This document shows, piece after piece, positions 23,544-35,200 of a DNA stretch of 64,000 bases. The notes beneath the pieces are model-generated. The model was not told where the DNA came from and did no database searches. It worked only from the letters and a program-made list of their open reading frames with translations. How positions within the stretch are numbered: position 1 is the stretch's first letter; each line of letters starts with the position of its first letter. Source of the stretch: Zootoca vivipara (Eukaryota); NCBI RefSeq assembly GCF_963506605.1, contig NC_083277.1, positions 83,762,001-83,826,000 of the forward strand, given 5' to 3'. A program made the translations under genes and the position numbers.

Positions 23544-26102
23544 TCAATGCGGTAAGAATGGGGACTGCAGGGCACAGGCAATGTGCCTGCTCTTTTCACA
23601 AATGGAGCCAAAGCGTCTTTGGCACTCGGTGTCCTTCCAATTTAATTCATACGCGGGGTCCAAAATCACACAGTGTCGTTGGGAACGGCTTGGTTCTGTC
23701 CTTCCATTCCAGTTTCTGAAAAGGAGAAACACAGATTTGTCTGAATTGCATGCTATCAGGGGAATTCAGTATATGGGGCAGGATCGTGAACTTGGGATCA
23801 GGGGTGGAAAGCAGATGTTGGCCTCAACTTTTTTATGTGGGATAACTAGTCTCATATAACCAAAGAGTTAATGCCACAATGACAGAGAGAGCTGCCCTGT
23901 CCGGCTTAGCTAGTTCATTCTCCCTCACTTTGGTAAGGAGGGAATCAAGGCCATTGCTGTTCCCCTCCAGTTTATCTGAGAAGCTCAGTGTGTAAAGAGG
24001 TCTGAGCTGGTTGCTCTTACAAGCCATCCTTGTGTTCCTATACCAATAATTTAGGAACTTTCACCACTGAGACGAAGCCCAGGTTTACAACCTGTGTTTT
24101 CTGACTGCTGTATGGAAAAGCACATGAATCTGACCTTTGGAGAGTTTGGGAAGATCTGCTACCATCTTCTAAGAGGAGAGGTACTTGGAGGAGGAAAATG
24201 GTTCAGCTTTAGCTGTCAAGGTTTTTTTGGGGGGGGGGAGACATTGCTAGTGCACTATAAGCACTAGAGAGCAGATCTAACTGTAGCTAATGCACATAGT
24301 AAACAGGGGTGGACAAGAAGTCATCGCAAATCAGTGCTATGATATGGTAGAGAATTTTCAGCTCAATAATGCTACTCACGTGTAGGAATGATTTTTGAAG
24401 TCTTGCCACATCCACTTTCTTCCAGCCTCTATGTAAGTCAGTCCAATCCAGGTTTCCTTGCTTATCTGCAGTTCATCTTTCAGAAAGTCCTCATAGAAAA
24501 TGAAAAGAACATGGATTTGCAGTTCTCTAGCCAAATAACACATGCAAAAGTGCACATATTAGGCAAGTGTTCATAGAAATGAATATATTAGTGAAAGTAA
24601 CATACTCAATTACATTTTATCTGGACAATTACTTGCAAAAAATGTGCAACATTAAAACTGCACACGAAAAGGTGTTTATTAGGAGAATATTGTGCTAAAA
24701 TGCTGTTGAATTTCAGTGAGGGTGATTGTTGTTGTTTTAAAAAAGCTAATTGCTGCAGAAATTGGGGAGAACTGGGGAAAATTAGATACTGTACCAGGAG
24801 AACCGAAGTAGGAAGGTAGGAAAGTAGGTAGGCTTAGCACTTCACCGAAGTCGAAAGTGCAACAGTTTGCATGTCCATCTGTACTTAGGAATGGAATATG
24901 TGTCAAGTGAATATGATTGGTATTCATTAGCACACACTGTTAAGAGCATTTTCATGGAAGACAATCTTACTCAGCTATGAGTGATCACCAAAGAAAATGA
25001 AAAGTGTTAAGTCCACAAATGATGCATAATTAATGACATTTCTTTACATTGTTTTGACCAGGCATCCCCAAACTTTGGCCTTCCAGATGTTTTGGACTAC
25101 AATTCCCATCTTCCCTGACCACTGGTCCTGTTAGCTAGGGATCATGGGAGTTGTAGGCCAAAACATCTGGAGGGCCACAGTTTGGGGATGCCTGGTTTTG
25201 ACGTTTCCTTTACCTTGAAACGAATATTAGTTACAAAAATTACGTTAAGAAGCAGGCAATTGAATGAATAACGTAGTATTTGGTAGAAGCCGAATTGCAG
25301 TGGAATGGAAACAGTGCTGATTGTGACAAATTACAGGTCAGAACAGAAATTGCTGCCCTTTCCCATTCCTTAGATAGAATTGTTGCGTATTTAGCAGATT
25401 AATTGCACTGCAGAAAGTGTGCTGGGGAGACCACACATTCAGGAAACAATGAACAAATGCAAAAATATATTTTGCTTGGCTTTGATTACAAAAACTCCTC
25501 TTACATTAAATCTATAAGTATGACCCATTCACCAGGGTACTGAGAGAGGTGCATGCTGCTCTTTATATACTATACCCAATTGCTGACACAGCTTAATTAA
25601 CACAACTTAACAGCACCTGCTATACTGCTTCACAGCTGTAAAACAAGGTCATGATATTTACTCAGTCCTTTAAAGAGATACACATCTTGTGAAACAATAA
25701 TGAACCTTAATATTTAAAGAAACCATTCAACAAAAATTACCTGTTCATTTTCACTGTCAATCACTATTAGATCTGCACCTAGGGCTTGGCAGTAACGTCT
25801 AGCTGTATTCTGTTCCATTCTTTCCGTGGAATAGTAGTAGCATTTCTCCTGAAACTTATACCAGTCATCTGCACACTTTGGAAAGCCTGCAATATATGGA
25901 AATGTTCATTAATGCTACCTAGCATGAATATATCTTAAATGTTTTGCTGGTCAAAGGATGTTATTGTGCCTGGAGTCAAACACTAACTGGGTTCAGTTAA
26001 TGGAGAAAGATGTGATCTGTGATTTGACTTTGGCTGTGTGTGCTGGGGAGATATGTGAAAAAACATGTACCGGTAATTCCAAGAGGATCTCTTTTACCAG
26101 TT

Positions 26103-26144
<42 letters not shown>

Positions 26145-29100
26145 TGTGTGTGTGTGTGTGTGTTTGAGAGAGAGAGAGAGAGAGAGAAACTTCTCATCTC
26201 TCCTGCTCCAGCATTCCACCCCCTCCTCTCTGTGTGTGTGTCCCTCTTGATCTCTGTCTTTGTTCTCACACTGCCTCCTCGTAGCGACTCCATTTTCCTA
26301 GTCTCTCAGACTGCTCCTCCTTTCCATATTCTCTCTTGTCAGTTTGCTTTCTTTTCAGCTGCTGATTTGAGCCTTGAAAAGCAATGTTATTAGTTTGTGG
26401 TTGCCAGACCTCTTTAATCACTGGATCCAACAAATGCTAGAATTTAATCAACTCGGGCTAACTGCCTGGGTGAGGGGCCATTCAGAGAACAAAGGAAAGG
26501 TGATGGGCCATTAAGAGAATAAAGGAAAGAGAGCTCTGTGCCCGATGGCAAATGGGAGGGGCTCCTGAGTTTGAGGGCAGAGTTTGCTATGATGTGAGCT
26601 AGAAACTGGAGAAAAAGCTGCAGGCTGGAAAGAAGAAGAAGAAGAAGAAGAAGAAGAAGAAGAAGAAGAAGAAGAAGAAGAAGAAGAAGAAGAAGAAGAA
26701 GAAGAAGAAGAGGAGTTTGGATTTGATATCCCGCTTTATCACTACCCTAAGGAGTCTCAAAGCAGCTAACATTCTCTTTTCCCTTCCTCCCCACAACAAA
26801 CACTCTGTGAGGTGAGTGAGGCTGGAGACTTCAGAGAAGTGTGACTAGTCCAAGGTCACCCAGCAGCTGCATGTGGAGGAGTGGAGACGCGAACCTGGCT
26901 CACCAGATTACAAGTCTACCGCTCTTAACCACTACACCACACTGGCTCTCACACCACACTGGCAGAAGAGTGGGCCATAGTTGATTTCTGCTTTAATCCA
27001 AGGCTGCAGCTATGGGAGAAGCAAGAACTTTTTGGGGTGTTGATGCTGTGAACCGCTCCATCATAGGCTCAGGTTGCATATATGTGTAAATATATCATAA
27101 AGACACCACAGTCTCTACTATGCCTCATTTCCAGAAGGAAACATCTGGAACCCCTAGAATCCTGGCACTTCTCGGAGATTGGGGTGATTTGCAACAAGAC
27201 ATATAAGCTGAAAGAGTAATACATACAGCTGAATACATAGAGCTGAAAGAGGAAGTGGGACAGAGTGTCGCTCTCTCTACTTCCTCCTTCAGCACTATGT
27301 ACTTTGGGGTGGGGCAGGTGGAACTACACAGAAGTAATATCCAGAAGAATTTACCTTCTTCAGATATGCACTTACATCTAAGAAACGCCATTATGAGAGC
27401 AGCTGTCACTATGATCAAGGAGCAGAGCAAGAGAACTGAGAAGATCATGAAGGGTTTCCTGCCAAAGGGTCCCCACTTGCCGTCTTCAAATGTAAACAGT
27501 GCTGCAAATAAAGAAGAATAAACCTGGAAGCTCCAGGAGGACCACAGGATTTCAGGAGCAGGACTATTGAGAATAAAGAAGGCTTCCTTCAGATAATCGT
27601 GGGGACTTTAATTTATTAAGGGTTCCCTTCAGAGAGCTACAGTTCCCAGGATTCACAGGGAAGAGGGATTGGCTAGTCTCCCTTCCGTCCAGGTTTCCCT
27701 CTTTTCCCCTGCCAAAATACAGCAAGCATTCCATGCCTACTGAGCATGCTCATTCTGGGTTTCAAAATATTTTTTGTCCTTCTGGAAAAGCTTGAGGTTT
27801 CCCCAAGCCTTCTGATACTGGTACCTCCCTCTTGTGCGTGAATGGTGCCATTTTGGCTACATGGGGCTCATCTGAATTTTGGAAACAGAAGGAATGAGAA
27901 CAACAACAATGTTGATGTGGTCCTCCAATACATCAGAGCCCGAAGCGGGACCGGGAAGTAGATGAAAAGTGTAACTGGTGTCTGAATTGGGCAGCAAAGG
28001 CTTTTTAAAGTCTAATGAGGAAGGGGCATATTGTTTGTGCTCTTCTTCAGACTGCAGCACAATATAGAGGGCCAAAGTCATTTATTTGTGCCATTTGCAT
28101 GTCGAGGTCACAGGACATCCCCCCAATAATTCACACATCGCACAACAATTTAAGTTTAAGGTTTTTTGGCATTATTTTGGCCACAACTTTATTTAAAATA
28201 CAACCAAATGTGAGTGGTTGCTTAGGCATTGGTTCATCCATCTGTCCCCCACCCTGGGACAGATCTGACATCCCTAGCCGTCTAGGGAAGTCAGTAGGTA
28301 AACACCCCCTGAGAGAGGATGGAGCCGTGTGTCAGGCTTTTCACCTCTCCCTGAATGTTCCCCGAGGCTCTTGCTCTTGCATAGCCCTAGCCCCTTGTGG
28401 GGGTACAGATGAGAGCCCGTTGAGCCCCAGGATTCCTTTAACAGAATACCCCTATAAACAGCAGCAATTTCGAGGGGTAGGCCCAGCCTTTCCATACCCC
28501 TCCACTAACCAATTTTTAACCAATGCCTAACCGCCAACCTTACAAGTTGTGACGATTTGCTACGCAGTAGGCAAAAACCAAATGGCAACAGCCAATCAGC
28601 CAAATGGACAAAATTCCTACCAGGCCCCTGCCCCAAAGCAGGTGACCCCATGACAGGCATAGCCATGTCAAAGCAAAAGGCCCTTAAAGAAGGCGGGCAG
28701 GCAGGAGATCCATTGCATTGGCAAAAGTGGAACCAAAACTTGCCCACAAAGAATTTATACCTGCTATCGCTATCAATCATTAACTTGCAACATGACTTTC
28801 CCCCCATCAACAAACTGTCCAATCACCCTGTGGCCATTTTACTAATCTGCCCAGCAACCCCAGGGGATGTCCTATTAACCCTACCACAACACGTGCTCTC
28901 AATGAATAGAGAACCCGATTTATCGAGGTATGTTCTCTTTTCACCTGGTTCTCTTTCCTCTCCCTTCTCTGGTAGCCTTCTCAGCCAGATGCCAGAAAAC
29001 CCAATATACTCATATTCCTGCGCAGCATTCTCATATCCCTGCTGGTCCAAAACCACTGATTCTAGAGACAAAAAAGGTTGTTGTTTTTTTAAAAAAGAGA

Positions 29101-29829
29101 TTGCCTACTTGGTTCTCCATTGTGACTTTTCAGATTTCATGGTCTTGCTACCCACTGGAAGTGGGCACGTCCAGCTTTGTCACTCATTGTGGAATAGTAT
29201 ATCATTCAAAGAGCTAAAACTGGGACAAAAGAGGCTTATTAGCAAATGTAAATATTGAGAATGCTTGTGCTGATAGCAAGTTAGAGCCTAACATGTTAAT
29301 GTGACCACGCTGCAACTGCTGCAGCAAATGTGACTGTTTATTGCAGTCTCTTACTAAACAGCCTCCCAAGACTGCCATCCTTGGATAACTGTGGCAGCAT
29401 GATCTAGTCCAGGCATAGGCAAACTCGGCCCTCCAGATGTTTTGGGACTACAACTCCCATGATCCCTAGCTAACAGGACCAGTGGTCAGGGATGATGGGA
29501 ATTGTAGTCCCAAAACATCTGGAGGGCCGAAGTTTGCCTATGCCTGATCTAGTCCTAATGAGTATAGAGGAGAACTCCAGTAAGGAATGAAAAGATTTAC
29601 CTTGTTAGATCACTCACATAGGGAATTGTGTGTTTTATATGTGTTGTGGACACAACAGCAGCAGCCTTTTGAGAATCTCCCATCCTCCCTTCCACCGCCA
29701 CCCCAGTTTACCTGTGCTTCCATGTTCTGACTCTGAGGAAACTTCAGCATTATGAGACACATTGTCTGAAACAATGTCATTCTGGTAATCTTCATTCCAA
29801 TAGTCTTCATTCTGAAAACCGTCATCCAT
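23544..29829 (-). CDS. Gene B: type II transmembrane C-type lectin receptor, FCER2/CD23-like, 262 aa, apparently intact
   Basis: Exons 29829-29712 (MDDGFQNEDYWNEDYQND...), 29061-28945 (GYENAAQEYEYIG), 27501-27376 (TM), 25886-25741 (CFPKCADDWYKFQEKCYYY), 24489-24380 (DFL...WIGLTY...WMWQD), 23715-23544 (NWNGRTEPSRSQRHC...WKDTEC...ICEK). 789 nt in frame, GT-AG introns, same exon phases as genes A and C. Confidence 0.88.
25059..25194. mobile_element. hAT-type MITE (136 bp)
   Basis: Same family; 8-bp TSD gttttgac. Confidence 0.88.
26105..26187. repeat. (TG)n(GA)n microsatellite
   Basis: Read directly from the sequence. Confidence 0.95.
26396..27196 (+). mobile_element. Probable solo LTR interrupted by the Squam3-like SINE
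   Basis: TG...CA ends; a homologous diverged copy lies at about 47690-48073. Confidence 0.5.
26629..26946 (-). mobile_element. tRNA-derived SINE with an L2-type tail and (CTT)n, Squam3-like
   Basis: Minus-strand head GCCAGTGTGGTGTAGTGGTTAAGAGC with GGTTCG B box and a (CTT)n tail. Confidence 0.75.
29410..29546. mobile_element. hAT-type MITE
   Basis: Same family; 8-bp TSD atctagtc. Confidence 0.88.
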
Positions 29830-29903
29830 GGTGGGTTTGATTCTTCTCCTCGAATGCCTCTCAAAGCAGCTAAGCCTCAGTAACCGGATGCTTGTGCTTG
29901 CTG

Positions 29904-29953
29904 TCTATCACTATCAGCTTCCTTTCTCTCTAACAAACCACAGAAATGTCAGG
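29904..29953 (-). promoter_or_regulatory. Gene B proximal promoter module (RUNX, ETS, tandem GATA)
   Basis: Minus strand reads cctgacatttcTGTGGTTtgttagagagaaAGGAAGcTGATAGTGATAGac, a near match to gene A. Confidence 0.6.
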
Positions 29954-30420
29954 TGCTTGCCCCACTCCTGATGCCTCGCTGCTCAGGAAGGGGAGTGCAA
30001 CTGTCATGGTTGAATGTAGCAAAGCAGGATGGGATGATCCTAGCTAAGTATGGCTGAACTGTGAAAGAAATTGAAACTGATTCATTACAATAGGTTCAGA
30101 CACCTATGAGTGGGCTCTTAATAAAAGAGCAAGTGATCAGGCTTCATGTTATTTGAGAAAAGAAAGGGACTGCAAAACAAAGGTTCAAATTATCATAAGA
30201 AATGTCTGGAGGAGTCTGAAAGAAGGTTGACCACAAAGGTATCTGCCAAAATTTTCACTTTCCCTAACACAGCAAGACACACACTCCATCTGTGCACAGC
30301 ATTTTTCCGGAAATGTAATTTCATCTGTATTATTTTCCTTGCTGTTGTTATTTTTAAGTATTTGTGTGTGGGTTTTTTTTTCCTATTGATTTACATTGAG
30401 AAATTATCCATGTACTAGTC

Positions 30421-30556
30421 CAGGCATCCCTAAACTTCGGTCCTCCAGATGTTTTGGCCTACAACTCCCATGATCCCTAGCTAACAGGACCAGTGGTCAG
30501 GGAAGATGGGAATTGTAGTCCAAAACATCTGGAGGGCCGAAGTTTGGGGATGCCTG
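30421..30556. mobile_element. hAT-type MITE
   Basis: Same family; the flanks are inverted rather than a perfect direct TSD. Confidence 0.85.
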
Positions 30557-30727
30557 GACTAGTACATGGGGCTTCCCCCAAATGCTACTCAGAAGGTGCA
30601 GAGCACAGCAGCCAGAATACTGACAGGTACAGCTGACAGAATTCTTATTACACTAGTCTTGAGAGAACTGTTCTGGTTGCCTGTTTGTTTCTGGGCCCAA
30701 TTCAAGGTAGGTCCTGACCCCGGATAT

Positions 30728-30956
30728 TGTTGTTGTTGTTTAGTTGTGTCCGACTCTTCGTGACCCCATGGACCATAGCACGCCAGGCACTCCTGTCTTG
30801 CACTGCCTCCCGCAGTTTGGTCAAACTCATGTTCGTAGCTTCGACAACACTGTCCAACCATCTCGTCCTCTGTCGTCCCCTTCTCCTAGTGCCCTCAATC
30901 TTTCCCAACATCAGGGTCTTTTCCAAGGATTCTTCTCTTCTCATGAGGTGGCCAAA
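30728..30956 (-). mobile_element. Bov-B 3' fragment nested in an old L2 fragment (about 30565-31160, +)
   Basis: Nearly identical to 15759-16000; the flanks encode L2-like GLP...AARILTG...WLPV...QFKV. Confidence 0.85.
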
Positions 30957-32212
30957 TATGAAATCCTAAATACCTGAATGGCCTCTTTCCTTGATGCAAA
31001 ATAACTTGAGGGTTGTGATTGACAAAGGAAACAATTCTGACACCCTCAGAAATCTGTGGGACAGTGGTATGCAACAGAGCCTTCTCTGTGGTGACCTCTG
31101 GACTATCAGAATCCCTACCTTTTAGATGTGTGCACGGCACCATCTGCTTATATTTAAAAGGCATACTAACATGTGATGTTGGAAAGAGAAGCTTGGGGAA
31201 TAGATTCTTCCTCTCTCCTCGCAGAGATAGGCCGATTGCTACCAAGCACATTAAAACTTAGTTAGATTCTGCATATGCCTTCATCCCCCTTTAAACCACA
31301 AAAATACTTAGGCTAGAATAAATCACAGACACCTTGTTTTGTAAATAAATAAAGATTTCACTTACAGAGTTTCAGAAGTTACAGTAAACAATTCTCCATC
31401 CATTGGAAGTAAAAATAAAGAAGAAAAATGGTTCCAAACAATTTAAAAGGAAAAGAATGTGGTTTCATTACAAAAGGATCATGCAGTCTTTGTGTTAACA
31501 AAGACATGCAGGGTGTGTAAATCTCCTAGCTAGGAAAATTTACTCACGTGTATATTTTGTTGAGCTGGGAGCCATGCATAGCAGAAACCTGTATGTAGAA
31601 ACCTATTCAGTTGATGGAGCACAGTTAAAGCTGTTTGAAATTATCACAAAGAAAAGCTTCATGCAAGAACTAAACACATTAGGGTAAAATACTACCATGT
31701 GCATTAGGTAATACAAGACAGACATATTGAATTGGTGTATTGTCAAACCAATGCAATGACAGCTGATATTCAGACTAAGCCACTTCCAAGAGACACTTCT
31801 GAAAACCTTCAAGTCAAGATGGGACTCTGAGTGGGTCGTTAATTGTGCATGCAATTGTTACATTTGCTTGAGAGGCGGTTTGTGGGATAACCAGCCTCAT
31901 ATAAACAACATGCCTGAGTCTAATTAGTGTTTGAATTGGTTTCTAGGATTCCAACAAGACGCACCTTTTAACCCAAGCTTTGGGGAATACTTGGTTGGTT
32001 GTCTTGCCTTGTAGTTGTTGATTTTTAATACAATGAAAACAAACCATGAAATACTGTTAGGAATAGAGCACATGTTTTCACAGCAGTGACACATCTGTTT
32101 GACTGATGTATGTCCTTGCTACAAGCTGCTTTTGCTTTTCTTCTGTATTTTCTTTGTACAATTATCTTTTTAAAAAAATTGTTTCTATGGAATAAAAATA
32201 AAGCAAATGATT

Positions 32213-35200
32213 TCAGTGTGGTGAAAGTGGAGACTGCAGAACGCAGGTCACCTCCTTGTCCCTTTCACAGACAGACTGATGGAGCTTATCACAGGGAATG
32301 TTGTTCCACTTGCCCTTTGAGGCTTCATCTGATGTAACAACACAATGGGTTTTATAATTATATTTGTCGGTAAGTTGAATGTTATCTGGCATCTCCCAGT
32401 TTCTGAAAAACATAAAACAGCACGAGTCACATACCAGCAGGGGGATGAAAGGGAGCAGAGCATGAAGTTGGGGAAGAAACAGCTACTGGCCTCAAATTTT
32501 CTGCAGATTCTGAGCAGCAGGATCAACTGCAAGTGGCTGCAATCCTAGGAACACTTTGCCTGGGAGGAAATCTCCCTTAAACACAGTGGTACTGACTTTT
32601 AAATAAAGATGGCTAAGATTGTGGTGCATGTGAAGAAGAGACCAGCACATTGACCAAAGAGGATGGTGCTGCTTTCACAGAGCCAATCCCAGATCAAACA
32701 TAGTCTTTCTTACTTGTCATTTATATTGAAGTACCGTGTACTTCAATGACTCTGGTGGCAGCAGGATCTATATTCTTCCTTCTCCATCCAAGTTTCCTGC
32801 TATGCCCTTCATGCTTTTATCTACCACCTATAAAATCTAATAAATACAAGTACCCGCTGTTTGGATTAAAGACCAGGGCTGAGGAATAGGATATAACTAG
32901 TGGGTTGAATCCTTATCTCCTCCACCCACAGGCCAAATGTGACAGGTGGGTAGGGCTGGATGCCTATCAATCACCTGGCATCACAATGACATCATATGAC
33001 CCATTGTGGGACACACTAAAACCCTGACAATCAGTTGATCAAAGCACCACATACAGCACAGGGATACTGGCCCAGCCCCGTTTTTATCCCTCCACATCTG
33101 ATGGAAGAAGGAGAATTAACATGGGAGGCTTTTGGCCAAGCTGGCACTCCATGTAACACCCACCTCCATACGGACCATATATACACAATGGTCACATCAA
33201 CACCCTACATTTATTTCTTTGCTATGGGTGCTGAGAGCTGTTAGGAGAAACTTAATACACAACTCCCAGGATTCTCTGGGTGAAGCCATGACTGATAAAG
33301 AATAAGAGTGCTTTAAAGGTTTGATGTGAATGTGTTGTTTCCTGTCCATATTATTGGAAACACACTTCCAAATTTTTACTGCTGAAATTCTTAAAGCTTT
33401 CTGAGCCTCAGTCTCAATGTGTAAAGATAAAGGATGATGCATTGAGGAATTCTACTCACTCGAAGGTCAACTCTGTACCATCCACCCATTGCCACCCTGG
33501 TACACCCTCTGCATAACGCAAGCCAATCCACAGTTTCTTTGTGGAATCCATTTTATAAATCAGAAAGTCCTAGACAAAATGAAAACAGAATCAAATTACT
33601 CCTTACCTGCTGCCCAATATTTTTGCCAAGCACTTTTGCATGTTCTTTCCAGTAATATGTTCATTTATGTGCACTGTTTACCCTGGTATATAGTTTTGTA
33701 CACATTACAAGGATTGCATTGCAAAATCCAGAGAAATGCAAATCTTAAAAGATGACAGCACTTTGGTTCACATATTGTTTCAGAAATTGTGAATTAGGGT
33801 AGGTTCACCTTTGAATGTGAACTCAATCAAATTTCTCTTCTGTCTCTACTTAAGTCTGGATTTTATGGGAAGGCAGTTCTTTGCCATCTGTTGTTTGCCT
33901 GCTTGCAGTAATTTCTACCTAGCAAGGAGAGGATGTCCTATGCAACAGTCTCCGAATCTCCACATCTTAGACGAGAGAGTCAGGACAGGAGAGACTCGCC
34001 TGTTCTGTTTTGTTGTCAATTATCATCAGATCTGCACCCAGGCGTCGACAGAAGCTTCTGACCTCACCCCAACTTCCTGGTTTTATGGGGAAGTAATAGC
34101 ATTTCTCCCGAAATGCTACCCATTCATCTGGACACACTGAAAAGCCTGGAGGATATGGAGCCTTAAACAATATATCCCACAGCAAGTGCACCCAAAATGT
34201 TCCACTGGTCATTCATCCGATATTTCTATGACTGGTGTCAGACACTACATGAACATTCAGCAAATGATACAATATCTAGGAGTTTTTAATCATATGATAG
34301 TTAATAACACAATAGTGTGACAGCAGAGACATGGGGACCTGCCACCTTTTGGAAATCCAAAAGGGGTATTTAGGTTTCCCATTCAACCCACATACCCTAC
34401 TGACCTTAAGATGGTGTGCCACTTCCTCACAACTTTCACCATAATAAAGGAAAAATCAAGAAAGACATTGTAATATTTGTACAGTATTCACTTCATTCCA
34501 ATGCCTGGTCTCACTTAGCACGCAGTGTGCTTTGAAGGATCATGCCATAGAGTTACAGACATGGGGTGGAATTAAGCATCTCTATTGGGACGCAGGTGGC
34601 ACTGTGGGTTAAACCACAGAGCCTAGGGCTTGCTGATCAGAAGGTCAGCAGTTCGAATCCCTGTGACGGGGTGAGCTCCCGTTGCTTGGTCCCAGCTCCT
34701 GCCAACCTAGCAGTTTGAAAGCACGTCAAAGTGCAAGTAGATAAATAGGGACCGCTACAGCGGGAAGGTAAACGGCATTTCCGTGTGCTGCTCTGGTTCA
34801 CCAGAAGCGGCTTTGTCATGCTGGCCACATGACCTGGAAGCTGTACACCGGCTCCCCCGGTCAATAATGTGAGATGAGCGCGCAACCCCAGAGTCGGTCA
34901 TGACTGGACCTAATGGTCAGGGGTCCCTTTACCTTTACCTTTATTGTTCCATCAGTGCAAGTATTTCAGCTTACCAGGTAGAAAAATCTCCCCTCTCCTC
35001 CCCCCTGCACACTGTTCTGGGGTTTCTTACAACCCTCCAGACAGGGTTTCTGATTTTGTCATATATTGTGAAGTGAGTTGCAGTAAGTACCAGCTAATCA
35101 GCAATGATTTAAAACTGATGTATATCAACAGTGTGATGCAGCTGCAAGAAGAAGAAGGGGTGGGGAGGCTAAGGCAATATTTGGCCTCATTAACAGGCCT

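Noticed and set aside
28557-29258. 233-aa plus-strand ORF
   Set aside because: Antisense to gene B exon 2, non-ATG start and no recognisable motifs.
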